Source of the DNA: Vicugna vicugna
Lineage: Eukaryota
Assembly (NCBI GenBank): GCA_013265495.1
Contig: MU058198.1
Location: forward strand, 5,471,779 to 5,535,778
DNA: 64,000 nt
Reading direction: 5' to 3'
Below are positions 36,079 through 49,900 of this stretch, one piece after another. Position 1 is the first letter of the stretch. Every line of letters begins with the position of its first letter. A program made the translations under genes and the position numbers. Below the pieces are notes generated by a model. The model had not been told where the DNA came from. It saw nothing but the letters and a program-made list of their open reading frames with translations, and ran no database searches.

Positions 36079-39000
36079 CACCCATGTGCATGCTGTGATG
36101 CACTCATTTCAAACTTGGGGGGCCAGCGAGTGATCACAATGGGATGTGGGTTTAGAAGGCAGTAGAATCCTTCACAGTTCTTTTGATTGTGCTGTATTCT
36201 CTGTTACTCCAACTCTTTCTAAGACCCTTCCATTGGGTTTTGGCCACTGGGGGTCACTGGGCCCCTTAAGAGCAAAGTGACGCCTTGCTTGCTATTGATA
36301 TTGTGTTTTGGGTAATAACCTCTCAGGAATCCTAAGAGGAGCCAACAGGATTGTAAGAGCGAGAGCCACTCTGCACCCTAGCTGAATTCTGTCAGAACCC
36401 CTATTATTTCCATCAGCACTGTCCAGCCTGGTTTGTCAGGTGGCCGGCACTTGGACTCTGTGACATACAGATCATGCACCTCCGGGAACTAGGAAAGATG
36501 CCATCATCCACTTAACTGGCCATTCTGGACCTCTGCCAAGACCCCAATCAGGCTAACATCTGGCATGGTTCAGCAGATGGGACGGCTAGATTTGGTCCCA
36601 CAGCTGTGCCCGAGGCAAAGTCCCTTGAAGATTAGAGTCTAGATCCCAAACGGGAGAACTTGTTCACTGTGTGATCATCCATGTTCCTTTCTAACCTGGC
36701 CAGGCCAGGTTCACTTGAATCCAGCTGGGATTATGAATTGGAGCCAGGGATTGGGGGCACAGCATGGAAATCCCTACCTCAAGTTTTCTTCCTTTTCCTT
36801 TTTGCTTTTATTTATGTCTGAGGAACTCGCATACTACTACGCCTTATCAGGATGGTGGGGATGGGTGATTCAGAGGGTAGGTTCAAGCACACAGGAGGGA
36901 AGATTTTATAAACAAATGGATACATAGGGAAGGGGGTATTATTGTAGATAGAATAGCTTGCTCTATTGGATGCACCCTCAGGGTCTACATTTGTAAAGTA
37001 GGGCCAATACTGCCTACTAGCACAGAGTGCTTAACTCAGTGCTTGGCTCATAACAAGCAACAGATGGCACCCTGATATTGTGGTTGTGATTTTTGTTAAA
37101 CTTTCAGCAGAGTTATCTCAAACCCAAAGCATGAAACAGAAATAAAGAGCAAGTTCTTGTACCACTCTGGCTCTGGAAGGCCAGGAACTTGGGGAAAAAT
37201 GTAGTTAACAGGGAAGAAGTCTCCAATGCTAGAAGGCAAACAGAAAACTGCAGTCTGGACTTTGAAAGGTGCACTGTAATGAATGAGGTTAATTTTTTTA
37301 AAAAGGGTTTTATCTTACAGTCAGAAAAGAAACAGTAGGAAAGAGAAATAAAAGGGGAAGCAGACGAGGCAGATCCTAATAGGGCTCCAGTAAACAGCCT
37401 TAGCCCTGCATGTGGGAGAGGAGGTATGGGGCCAATTTGAGAGGCAGCTTTTAGTTTTGAAATCCTGGCAGGATCCAGATGAAAGGAGTAGGGGAATGCC
37501 AGAGGGATATTGAACTGGAACGTCAGAGGATGTAGAGAAAGACCTTTCTGTGCAGGGAAAGAGACGGCCACAAGGAGTGTATGCTCACATCTAAGTAAGG
37601 AAGCTTTCCTAAGGCCTGAGAAATTCAGAAGGTAAGAGAGACAAAGTGGCCAGGAGAAGGACATAATAGGGAAAACTGGCTTTCAGGAAATCCAAGGAGG
37701 TACCCACTTGGGAAGTATCACCCAACAGTAGCCCCATTTCTGAAATCTGAGGACCTGGAGTCCAGGACCTTGGACAGAGCTCATATCTATAGCTCGGCTT
37801 TGGGATACCATGCGTTCAGGGGACAGAGGAAAATATGATCATTTTAAATATTTTTTTAAAATAAGAAATATGAGGGGGGGGGAGTCAAAAGAAAGATGAA
37901 AAATGGGAGGCATCCCCACTGCATGTCTCCAAAGTTGGTTATAATAACAAAGTACAGCTAATATTTACTGAGCATTACTAGGTACCTGCACTCTTGTAAG
38001 CCTTTACATGGATTATCTAGCTTCACCCTTAGGAGCAGGCACTTTACACATTTCAGTAGAAAAGGCAGACAGGTGGTGAAGTTTTCCCCTGGGATTTGAG
38101 GAGTATGACATCACAGTCCATCTTTTGATTGGAGATGTTTCCTTGGGCTTTAAGTTCACAAGACTCCAGACAACTCTGGACAATTGACCCAAATGTACTG
38201 AAACCAAAATGTCATTCTCTTTTCATGTACTCTCCTTTTCCTATCTGCTTACTGCTTGCTTTTATTATTTTTTATCAAATAAAAATGAGATTTGTAAAAA
38301 TAATTGACGGCTGGTAACAGAAATCAGATGGAAATTGTAACAAGCATTTGGAGTCTGTCTGGGAAATAGGCTCTTTTTTTCTTTTTTTGAGAAGGATTCT
38401 ACTGTGCAAGGAAATTTCTGTTCATCTTATGGTCCTAGTAGTTCTAAAACTTCGGAAATTTGGGGAATATGAGAAACATGGGTTTTGAAATATCTAACTT
38501 TAAGGGGCGAAAGGAATAATGTCAGTTCAAGGGGAAAATAGTAAGGTTCCAGCTGCCTACAAGACAATCAGAATATTACTGGATATTGCAGGGTGGCACA
38601 TCTTTGGCTGTGACAAAGCAGAATAAGAAGGTTATCGGGTAGCAGAAATGACTTTGTGTATTAGTTGCATCTTTGATGCTTCTCTGGAAACAGAACTGTT
38701 TTGGAAAAGGAAGAAAGGTATAGTGTTAGCTTTAATACGATAAAGAAATATTGAATGCATTTTATATTGCTGATATCCTATTATAATGGGGTCATTCTGT
38801 TATTTCAAGAACATTCTATAACCCTCTCTGGAGAACTTGCACAGACATATAGCTGAGCCTAATTTGTGCAAACATCCTGGACCATTAACATTACCTTGAA
38901 ATGCAGAGCAGATTCACTTGGAAAACTTTTCCAAAACTAAAAAGGAGTTAAAACCCAAATAAACTCTGGTGCTTCATGTGCTCAGTCTTGACATGAGGTC

Positions 39001-39109
39001 ACTTTTAGATAGTGGTTGCTATTCGCTGTCTGCTTACATTATGCAAGGCAGCATTCTAAGACCATTCACACATTATCTCACTTAATCCATACAACAACCC
39101 TATGTAATA

Positions 39110-39845
39110 GGTACCATGACTGGTCCAAGCCACCTGTCATCTCTTGCCCAAATTACTGTAACAGTCTTCCAACTGGTCTCCCTGATTTCACTCATAGCTT
39201 CCTGAAGTTTTTTTGGCAATACATCAGTCAGAAAGATTTTTTTAAAACATGAGTTATGGCCTATCCTCCCCCTCATGCACAAAAGCTTCCAATGGCTCCT
39301 GACTGTGCTCAGCATAAAAGCCAAATTCCTTATTTTTGATCTACAAATCCTTGTGTGATCAAATTCCCCATGATCTGTCCAACCTCACCTCTCAGTGCCC
39401 TCCTCCCTGCTCACCGCACTCCAGCTGCACTGGCCATCTCATTGTTTCCTGAATATGTTTCCATGCCAGGGTTATCTGGCTTCCTGGATGGTGCCCCCAC
39501 CCTGACAGCCACATGGCTAACTCACTCCCCTCTTTCAGTTCATTGGCGCAAATGTCATCCTCTTAATGAGACCTACTTAAATAACTCTATGTTTAAATAG
39601 CTAATTAAGTGTTCTAATATTTAAAATTGCATCCCAGCCACTAGGCTTCCTCATTTCCTCTCCCCTTTTCTATTTTTAGCAGAGCACTTAATTTACTAAC
39701 TTATTATATTTGTTACTCATTATCTATTTCCCCATATAGTATATAGTTTCTAAGAGAATAGAGATTTGGGTTTGTTTTATTCAGCAACATATCCCAAGCA
39801 TCTAAAATAGCACCTGGCACGTAAAGATATTCAATAATCATTTGT
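39110..39845 (+). mobile_element. L2 3' region
   Basis: 'ttccaatggctcc...ctccagctgcactggcc...cacctggcacgtaaagatattcaataa'. Confidence 0.8.
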
Positions 39846-40096
39846 AGGGGAAAAAAAGAACTAATTCCAGTTTTAAACTGAGGACCAAATGTGGAACTAC
39901 AGCATGGAATGATTCAGGCATTGGCTCAGACTGACCCACAGAACCTGCACAGTTATCCCCTCAACCAAAGGCAATCCATTAACCAAAATGTGAGTTAAAA
40001 GTGATTTCTACCAAAAATCCCCTTCACTCCACAACCTACCTCCATAGATTCCTATTTTTCCTCCCTCTTGCACAGGTAGGGAATCTATGTCTTGTA

Positions 40097-40097
40097 T

Positions 40098-40130
<33 letters not shown>

Positions 40131-40160
40131 TAGATAGATAGGCAGGCAGACAGATAGACA
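40097..40160 (+). repeat. (GA)n(GACA)n(GATA)n compound microsatellite
   Basis: Direct reading. Confidence 0.92.
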
Positions 40161-41979
40161 ATGCATATAGATATTGATGGAGAAATTCTTGGCTCTTTCA
40201 CAGTTATCCTGATTTATAAAAAAGGACCCAGACCCACCTTGTGAGAGAGCCGGAGGCTGAGAATGAATGAGGAATAATCAATGTCAGATACTTAGTAGGG
40301 CAGGAAGGAGGCTACGAATACCACTAATCTTAAGATTTGTTTCTTTTAAAGTTAGAATTTTAAAATTTTGTTCACGTATACTCGCATGCCGATTCAATGG
40401 ATCTAGGATGAGGTATGAGCGTTTTTTTTTTGTTTTAGAAAATTCATGGGCAGATCTTAAGTGTGCCTCTGGTTTAAAAGCCAGAGACAGAGAGAGAGGC
40501 CTCTTATTCTTCTCTGTAGTTACTGTGGAGTGGCCTTAATTGAACTAATGAACTGACGATTTTTAGAGACATCTTGAGACCGAGTCACCAAAGTACATGA
40601 ACACTCATCTCATTGACACGTCTGTAGAGTTAGTTGCAGTGACTGGAGAATTCCACCAAAGAGCAGGTAAGACTTTTCTAGGGTTCCATCAGTCCCCTCC
40701 CCTGAAGGGACACGCCTGGCTGATCAATGCTGTGGTTGATAAGACCAGGTTGATCATAGAGGGTTATAAAATAAAGTGGAAATTCCAGTCCTCCTTTCAA
40801 CCACATTCCAAAAAGAGATGGCTCTTGTGTGGATTTAAGACCCAGTTGGATCATGGGCCAAAAATGTAGAGGGTTTAATTAAACATTCTTTCTCCCGTGG
40901 GGAACGTGCTCTTAAACCTGACTTTCCCCTTTGGTTTGCTTCTCTGTCTTATCAACATGTCTATCTGCAGCTGATTCTAGGAGAGAAGAGCTCACCTTCC
41001 TCCCCAGCTTTAGAAAGTCAGGCAGGAAGCAAACACGGCTTGGGAGCAAAGGAAATCTGGAATCAGCCACCTACGAATCTCAAGACATCTTCCTCATTCC
41101 CCAGTTTCAGGAGATGGTTCAATTCACTCTCAAGCTAGGTCTTCTCAGTTCTATGCAGACCAGAATAATTCGATGTTAAAACCAATAATTTGATGTTCAC
41201 CACATCCAAACGACACAGTGGTTCCTCAGCAGGAGGGCTGCGGGGTCAACCCACCTAGGAGCTGTCCTTCCTTGTTCCGAGCCAATTCTGACCAGGGAGG
41301 GGGCCAGAAGGCAGCTTTCCCAGGAGGTAGGGACAAGAATCAGTTTTGTGGTCATAGGTCTGATATCTTTGTGCCTGGAGTGGGTCCCGAGCATTAAGAA
41401 TTTAGCAAACTATAGTCTTCCCCACTGCCACCAACATACAAACCTGAATCCTGAACCCATACCGACCAGCCGAAGTAGCCCCCCGCCATCCCCGACCATA
41501 ACACACACACAGCTTCACTGGCCATCTCCTTCCCACAAGGGGTAGCATTCCAATGCAACCAGGCACCGACAGATGTCCAATCTGAATTGGACTCCTAATC
41601 CAAATTGGACTCAGCCAGTCTGACACTGAAAATCTCATGGTGGTGTGGTCCTCACACCCAGGACCCAACACTCTGAATACTGATGCCTGCAAAGTCAAAC
41701 CCAGAATCAGACTTCTTCCCACTCATTCGTACACAAACTTTACTGCTGGCTTTCTCCATCTCGTCCACATTCCTGCAGTTAAAGCTGTGACCACTCAAAA
41801 AAAGATACTCATTTCACCTAGATAGAATAATTTCCCTCATTTCTGACCACTCCAGCCCCCGGCCCTTCCTTCTTCTCATCTCAGGAGCTTGGAACCATCA
41901 AGCCGCCCAGATGGAAGGTTTCTCCTCAACTCATCCTACAGAGAGCAGCCTCACACAGGGAAGCTGACACAATGTCTTC

Positions 41980-42350
41980 AAACATTTTTAATTGCCCTGT
42001 CAAACTGACAATTATAGAACTAATTATTAAGGAGACAATACCAAATACACTGACTGAATCAAGCGTCAACTGAGTTTTTATGTAATTATGCAATTTAATG
42101 AATTGAAGGCTGCAGTAATGGACGATTGCTGGTTAATTAGGAACTCCCTTTATGTTAATAACGCCATTTATTTTCCACTCACGGTATTTATTTTCGGCGT
42201 CGAAAGCATTGGACACATCTTCCTCTGACACAGGCATGATGAGTGTTTTTCAGGGGGTTTGGCTGCCAATTGTGCTATTTATAGGCGGCGGGTGTCATCC
42301 ACTCACTGACTGGAGAGCTCCAACTGGTTCCTATTATATTGCAAGCATCT
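41980..42350. promoter_or_regulatory. Candidate developmental enhancer
   Basis: Repeat-free block with dense TAAT/ATTA cores, inverted TGACA pair, MEF2 motif CTATTTATAG (42275-42284) and retained CpGs. Conservation not tested. Confidence 0.5.
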
Positions 42351-42600
42351 CATTCTAGACCTAGATTTTAATTATTCTGCTTCAGGGTGAGGTTCCTGTG
42401 TCTTCCTTCTCCTGAGATCTGAGAGAGAGAAAAGTAGGGGACTGTGGCAGCTGGACCTCAAGGTGTACCTCACCAAGGTCACCTTGTGCAAGGCACAGAC
42501 GTGTTCTTCTTTCATGATTTATTCTTATGCCCGCGGCCCCTCCTTATCTCTAAGGATTGCTTTCCTACCACAATACATGGCTAGAAACCAAAGTGAACAG

Positions 42601-42813
42601 CAGTGGTTCTCAACCAGGGGCAACTTCAGCCCCCAGGGGACACTTGGCTGTATCTGGGGACACGTCTGGTTGTTGTAACTGGGAGTTTGCTACCAGCACC
42701 TAGCGGGTAGAGGCCAGGGCTCCTTCTGCACGTCCTCCCACGCACAGGACAGCCCCTCACAACAAAGAATTATCTTGCCCAAAATGTCAACGGGGCTGAG
42801 GTTGAGAAACTCT
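42601..42813 (+). mobile_element. MER20 hAT-Charlie MITE, near full length
   Basis: TIRs 'cagtggttctcaacc' and 'ggttgagaaactct'; interior 'gggtagaggccaggg...cacaggacagcccc...aaagaattatc'. Confidence 0.92.
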
Positions 42814-43613
42814 CACACAGAGCATCAGTAATCAGGAAGCAAGCGGATTTTCCTCACCCCAGCTTCACAGTGGAAAGCAAATATTTCGCAGCATCTAAAA
42901 CATGATAGAACTGTCAAAAGCATGTGAAGCCGGCTACATAAATTGTGAAACATGAGTCACAGTTATGTTTGTTCTGCAACAGTGTAAAAACTTGGAGGGG
43001 TTTCTCCCCCCTCTTTATGAAAATGGAAAAGTGACGAGCACTCCCCTGGAAGAAGCCAGCGTCCTTGCCCTGCCTCTTGGTCTGCAAACACTCATCAACC
43101 CAGACTCGTCTGTGAACAAGTGGTTCACATTCTGGAGCAAAATGCTGGAAAAAAGGAGAATGTGGTCAGATTTTCCTAATGCTAAATTCAGCCAATTTTT
43201 CACTTTAAGATGATGTCTTTTTTACTTTTCCAGAAGACATCTTGTGTTTTTGTCTAGCCAGCGTCCTTTTTTTTTTTTTCTCACTTTATTTTTTTTAGAA
43301 TTATCCCTCACTCATTTGCAGTCTGTTGGTTTGGATGGTGCCAGGCTCGCTCCTAGGTGGGTGTCAGATCCAGGGTGGCCTGACTAGTCAGGCAGGCACC
43401 AGAGACCCAAGAGTCAGCCTGGGGACTTGTGATGGGATAAACGGATCCTACTCTTGTCTGTTGGTATGAAATGTGGGATGAGGAAAACCTGGAGCTGACT
43501 GAGGCCACCTTTGCCACCCCAAGGATAAAACTTACCCAAGGTATGTATTCAACACAAGGATGGTAAAGAAGAAAGGTGAGGAGGAGGAAGAGGAAGAGAA
43601 AGAAAGAGAAAAA

Positions 43614-43672
43614 ATATTATATTATATTATATTATATTATATTATATTATATTATATTATATTATATTATAT
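43614..43672 (+). repeat. (ATATT)n, 11 perfect units
   Basis: Direct reading. Confidence 0.95.
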
Positions 43673-43679
43673 ATGAGAC

Positions 43680-44400
43680 TCTGATTCCAGCCACTCCTGC
43701 AGCCTGATAATTGCCCAGGTTCTCAGCGTCATGGGTGGACACACCATCTTCTAATTTGAGCATCAGCTCATTCTCCTCCTTTGGCTTCTGCTCCTCTGCC
43801 AAGCCCCTAAATGTCTTGTTCCTCAGGGTTCTACTGAGGATCCTCTTCCCCACTCCACTTTGCCCTTTCTTCAGTGAGGTCCTGTCCTCCCCTCTTTCCT
43901 CAGTCATGACCCATGTGTTGAGGAAGCTCAGGTTCATAGCCTAAGAGTTCATCTCTGTCCAGATACCACCACTGCTTACTAGACACCTTCAACTGGAAGT
44001 CCCAGCAACACCGCAGAGCCCACCTGACGGCCGCATTCCTCACCTTCCCTGCACCCTTTCTGCCCCTGCAACCCCTGTCACGTGGATAGCACTGTCACCC
44101 GCAGGGACCCACATCAGGAAAGGGGCACGCTCCTCCCTCAAATCTTCCTTTGTTTCATTGATGATGTCTTGACTCTGCCACCATTTTGCCCTTAACTCCC
44201 TCACCTCTACCCCCTCACTTAGTCGTCCACGCATATTCTTCATGCGCACCAATCATGCTCTTCCTCTGCCTCCGTGCTCACAGATGTGCTTGCAATGCCT
44301 GCTTTATCTCCATCTCCCTGAAGCCTCCCCAGACTCCCCAAAACGGATTAGGTGCCCCTCCATTCCACTCCCAACACATATTACTTTTCATGGAAATTAT
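43680..44400 (+). mobile_element. L2 fragments
   Basis: 'ctcctcctttggcttc...cccctaaatgt...cctcaggg' and 'acaccttcaactgga' motifs. Confidence 0.55.
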
Positions 44401-45949
44401 TTACTTTGATAACTAGCTACCAAACTTCCTATCTATTGAGCATTATACCCAAATCATCCTGAATGCTCATGACACATCCTTAAAGGAAGACATGATGACG
44501 TCCGTTCTACAGATGAGGGAAATAAGGTTAGAGAGCTTGAATCCATTGCTCGAAGCTGGGACCCAGCAGAGAAGCAGGACTGGGGTGCAATCCAGGCAGG
44601 TCTGGCCACAAATCCTGGGTATCAGCCTCCCAGGTTGAAAAATCGAGTCTCTGGGGATGGAGTCTGTAACATAACTTTCATCTTGGGTCCCCACCATCAG
44701 CATGACACGCACTGGGTGCCAGTGAATGCTGGAGTGGCTTAGCCAATCAAAGAATGAATGAATGAAATTCCATTCCTCTCACTTAACTGTGAGGGATCTT
44801 TTTGTTTGCTTTTTGTTTTCAAAAGGCAGGGCTGGGTCACAGTCAACTTTCAGATTCTATGACACTGCAGTTCTAACAAACTGTATCCAGCTAATAACTT
44901 GCAAAAATAAGTGGCTCATCTGTTTCTGTCCTTGTATCAGTCAGTTTCTATCAAAAAAGAACTCGATCATGTGGAGGATGCATTGTCCAAGGAGAGATGC
45001 CAAGTGAATCAGCGTCGTGAAATCACTTTCTCTGCCTTCATTCCTTTCCACCTCAAAAGTCGCAATCAATGAGACAAATGGTACTCAAAGTTTCTCCTCC
45101 CAATACCCACTTCTGCTCTTAAAAAGGAATGGAGAAGAAAAAAAACCCAATATCTATAATGAAAAGCTGAGAAAAGTGATATTTGCTTGCTCAATTGGCA
45201 CTGTCTTTTCTAAGACTGGATTCAAAGCAGATCTAATTAGCTGGGCTCGGACCAGGAAAGAGAATTCTTGCATGGTTTGTACCTTCACAGCATTCCATGG
45301 CAACAAAGCCATCTGGAATGAGGGCGACACTTAACGATGTATTTAATGTTAACAACCTCACTGGGTCCAGGTGCAAAGCGTGTTGGGATTCCAGCAGCAA
45401 GGGCTGATGGGAAGTGGAGAAGCCTGAGGTGGAGGGGATGGGCAATCCCAGACAGAGGTACAAGCCTCGTGTGTCTCTCAAGGACACAGACCCATGGTCC
45501 GATACACATAAGCCAAAATGCCCTAACTTGGACTCTAGTCTGGCCGGCATCAAAGTCCAAAATGGTCCACAGTAATTAGTGCATAAAGGCAGCAGGAGCC
45601 CAGGTGGCAGGTGGCACTTAAAAATCTGGCATGTGGAAGATTGTAATTTCTATTCAACCTCAGCAAATGGCTAAGAAAACAGGAAGTAGAGTCCTACACC
45701 CCAGGTAGAAGAGGCAGCAAAATCCAGAGGGAATATTAGGGAGAAAGTCAAAGGGATGGAAAGACGGGGCAGCCATCCGGTTCCAGGAAACAAGTGAGTG
45801 TGCAGGCAGGGAAACTGAGGCAGAGGCAACACAGATGGAGCAGAGGAAGCAGGGCAAGGGCAGCGAGCCCAGCGCCCGTGGAGCCCAGGGAAGTGCTCTC
45901 CGTGAGTCCAGGAGGCCAGTTGAAACTGGTGACCTAGATCACATGTGTC

Positions 45950-46180
45950 CCAACTAAGAGGACAGCTGCTGCCAGCTCCAGCCCACTGACACCAGGGGGA
46001 AATACAATTCCAACATTTCTAGGTCTTCCCATTTTTTAAGAGAAGCCAGAATTCCAAAGTTTGTATGAACCTCCCACACATTTGAAATGTTGGCAACTGC
46101 TTTCACGTATTTTAAGGCACTTTGCAGACCAAACAAAACTGTCTGCGGGCTAAATAGGAAGCCGTGGGCTCCGTGTTTGG
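45950..46180. mobile_element. MER102-like relic, inverse orientation to 3985-4265
   Basis: 'ttttaagagaagccagaattcc...tttgaaatgttggcaac'. Confidence 0.55.
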
Positions 46181-46599
46181 GACTTCAGCAGCAAGGGCTC
46201 ACGAGAGCTCAGTGCTTTCCCGGTACGTGGGATGTCAGCTCCACGGTGACCGCGCGGATATCAGAGGTAACACCTGCTGGTAACTAAGGATTTCGATGTT
46301 TAGGTTTGCTTTGGGGGAGTTGAGGGGAGAGGGCACCCTCAGATGAACCCTCAGCGACTTTAGAAATACAAGACGAGAGGGCAAGGCTCTCACTGCGCCT
46401 ACACACACAGCCAGCGGTAAGGAAAGCAGTACCAGGGGAAACATACAAGTGTGTGCAAAACCAGAGCAAGAGAACTTGCTCATCGTTGGCCCTCAAAGGA
46501 AAAACAACCACAGAAGACTCTGAAGGGTCTGCCCAGATCCCCCCACCACTCATACCACCTGCCACTTCTGTGCGTGCACGTGGGGAGCCCCTCGCCGCT

Positions 46600-46912
46600 C
46601 CTGTGCACCCACATAGGGCACTAACCCCCCCCGAGAAGGCGGCCCTTCACTGATGACTGATGGGACAGGACGGACAGTTGCTCCAGACCCCTTCCGTCCC
46701 CGAGACGGTGGACGTGCACTCCGCACTGCCTCCCAGAGTTCTCAGCTGGGATTCAGCCTCGGTTGCTCCCAGAAGTCACCTCTCCAATGACACTTTTACT
46801 TTCTTCTCTTCCCACTTCCCTGCCATGGCTTCCTAGAATCCCCTCCTAGATAAACTACCTGAACCCACACCCCTGTCTCAGGGGCTGCTCTGAGGGGGAC
46901 CAACATGAGCAG
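46600..46912 (+). mobile_element. ERVL solo LTR (LTR16-like), 3' part
   Basis: End 'ataaactacctgaaccc...gtctcaggggctgctctgagggggaccaac'. Confidence 0.65.
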
Positions 46913-49900
46913 CGGCTTTTCTGTGTGAGGACTCTGCCTCAGAGGCAGCGGACTGACTGGGTGACTGGTGTGGGTGGGTCTGTGGGCCGTATGCACGTGA
47001 TGCTCCGGGAACAAGGGACTGGGTATAAAGCATTTTCTGGAGGATCCTAAGAGTAAATCCTAGATTTTTGTGTTTATTCTATCAGCCCTGCAGAATCTTG
47101 CTGATCTGGTCTGGATCTTTTTTCTCCTTCTCTGAGGAATATCTGAACCAGTGGCATCTAATATACTCTCTCTGGGTATTTCTGCCTCTGCTTTCTATGT
47201 AAATGAGTCCTTAAGTACGTCAAGAAAGACCCTGCTCAAAAGAGCCTGAAGTCATCCTGTCTGGAAAGGGTCAGGGACAATGGCTGAGCAAATAGCTCCT
47301 CTTCAATGTACTGAACTTTACATAGTCTGTTGGAGGACAAGGGTCTGTTACAAGATGGTCACTGTCACCCATCACTTATCTGAACTCAGCTGACCCACAG
47401 ACAGTCAAGGAAAGCCCTCCAGGAGGACAAAATTCTTGACATGAGTCCATTCTCTCCCTCAAAGACTTGGCTCAAGCGTTACACAAAACTCTAAAAGCTT
47501 GATTTTCTGATTTCCTTCACGGCTAATACAAGTAGATTTGGAACTGGGGACCCTAGAAGTAGGCATGGCGGCAACAGGTGAGAATCAGAATGCGGAGCCA
47601 ACAGTGGAGAAGAAAAGGAGAGAATCCACATAGAGCAGAGGGAAGACTTGAAAAGTTACAACATTTCTCAGCTGTTTAATGTAGATGCAAACATCCCTGT
47701 GCACTTTCCCAGCACAAGTGTAGCAAACTAGATAGTCTGTGAGGTCACTGTACACACGTGCACGCATGCACACACACATCACAGATACACATCTCTCTCA
47801 CACACACACACACACACACCTGTATCCCAGTTACCCACACAGCCTCACTGGTTTCTTTCTTCATACCAAGAGGGAGACCAAGAGTCAAGGCGGCACCTGG
47901 ACAGCTCAGACACAGGCTCTAGCGAGTGGTTTACAGGAAAGTGGGTGGGAAGCGGGAGGCACAGTTCTAGCTTCTTCATGCTGGGAGACTGTAATCAGAG
48001 TCCCAACCCTGAAATGGCTGGCAGACCCTGAGAAGCCCAAGACATGCCAAGTAGCCACGGTAGGAGCGTCCTGCCTCTGTTTACACATCCTTGTTCCCGC
48101 CCCGCCCATGGATGGGACAGGAAGAGGCGCTCTCTGCTGCTCCGTATTCTCCACGTAACTGGAATCTTGTGCACCCCAGGGACACAGTCCGACTCTCTGC
48201 CCAATGCTCACTTAGTACGTGGCCTCATCTCCATGCTCCCCCGTCACCACCGAAGAGATGACAGGCTCCTTTGCAAGGGCTGAAAACAGGTGGTAGAGAC
48301 AGCACCTGACGGAAGGCGTTCTTAAGGCAGAGCCCAGGAAATGCATCGATGAGAACCTTTCTGGGAGCAGAATCAGAAGAACTTCCTGTTTCTAATTATA
48401 CAAGGTAACAGGAGCGAGATGATTTTTCCACCTGCTCCTCTGTTCAGCCCCCCACCTTTGGGCACACAAACCTTCCAAGAATACAGCCCGTTTTCTCATC
48501 TGTGTTATCAGCTGCTACCTGAGTAAGAAAGTTCATTTCCAACCGTGGGATCTCAGCCACGGGTAAGTTCCTCTTCTTTCCTCTGTTACCCTTTTTCCAG
48601 AACATCTGTCCTTCCGTGACTGAGGATGCAGCTGACTATATCTCGCCTTGCTACTTCCTCCTCCTCCTCTCCCCTCTGCACACCACGGTGCAAAGTCAAC
48701 GTCAGGGCCATTGGCAGTGGAGGAAGGAGGGGCCGGAATCCGTGGCATCTGCTTGGCTCAGAAGCAGCAGGAGCTTTGACCTGATTCCGATGGCCCTGCA
48801 GGAATTACGGAAGATGACGAGAGAGAAACAGCGGGAAGGCAGTAGCAGACATCAAGAGTGGACCGTCCAGTGCAACACGAGAAGGAAACCGAGGCAGGCA
48901 GATGGGAGTGGGGTCATTTGAAGCAGTGAGTTCCCTGTCATCACTGGAGTCGTGTGATCAGAGTCAGGACAAGTCCCTGCCAAGGCTGCGGTGGGTATAT
49001 CTGCTTTGGTTCCTCCTTGACTCTGGATCTTTCTGGCCTCCAGTAACACTATTTCCTCCATGTGTGACTTCAACACTTAGCACTGGTTTCTCACGGTAGC
49101 AAGACCCTGGTTGCTTCAATGTCCCTTACTGCGCCCAACCGTGCCTGCACCTGTCTCAAACCCCTCTATTTACTTCCCTGCATTTCCCTGGAAATGAACT
49201 ATGTTTCCCCCTCAACCTTGACTGATCTGACCCTTTAGGGGGATGCTAGATCACTCCCGCTCAAAGAAAATAAATCTCATTGTTAGGAGAAGTGAATTTA
49301 CTCAGATTATTGTACAGGCCTGGTGAAGTCACTTAACCACACTGAGTCTCAGTTTCTGCATCTGCAAAATGGCCATAAATATCTCATCTCTTTCGCTCAC
49401 AAAGGAAAAACTTGGAGGATCTGAATATCCCCAGGAAAAAAAGCAATTAAAAAGAAATGTTTCTTACTGGAAAGGAATTTCAGCCACCAAAATGTGATTA
49501 TTGGCCCAACCCCTAGTCTTAGTTCGTTACTGTCCTGCCAAGTTCTGAGGCCAGAGAAAGGAGAGAAAGAACTTGTAGTTTGTAGTCTGTTGTGTTTTTT
49601 TTTTAAGAGAATATTTGAGAGACTGAAGCTTCTTAATTCCTCATTGTGGAGGGAAAATTGGGCCCTAAATTATTTATTGTATTTTAAATTTACTGACAGA
49701 AGCAGTTTGGAAAACTTCACTGTCCTTGTTGAGAAGAATTAACCTACTTTCATGTTTTAAATCTTTTAAAACAGTTCCTTTTAATGGTAAAATTAGAGGG
49801 AAATTCTGCTCATCGGAATAGGCTGTTAAGAACTGAGAGGGAAGGCGTCCGTGGCCCCCACCTCCCAGCCCCTTTCCTCCAGCGCCCGTGAGTGAGGAAG

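Noticed and set aside
37113..37664. 183-aa minus-strand ORF
   Set aside because: L/S/F-rich translation of the complement of purine-rich DNA; no homology recognised.
41578..41613. Short 18-bp-period duplication (similar ones near 21725, 41165 and 55411)
   Set aside because: Ordinary slippage-type micro-duplications with no further support.
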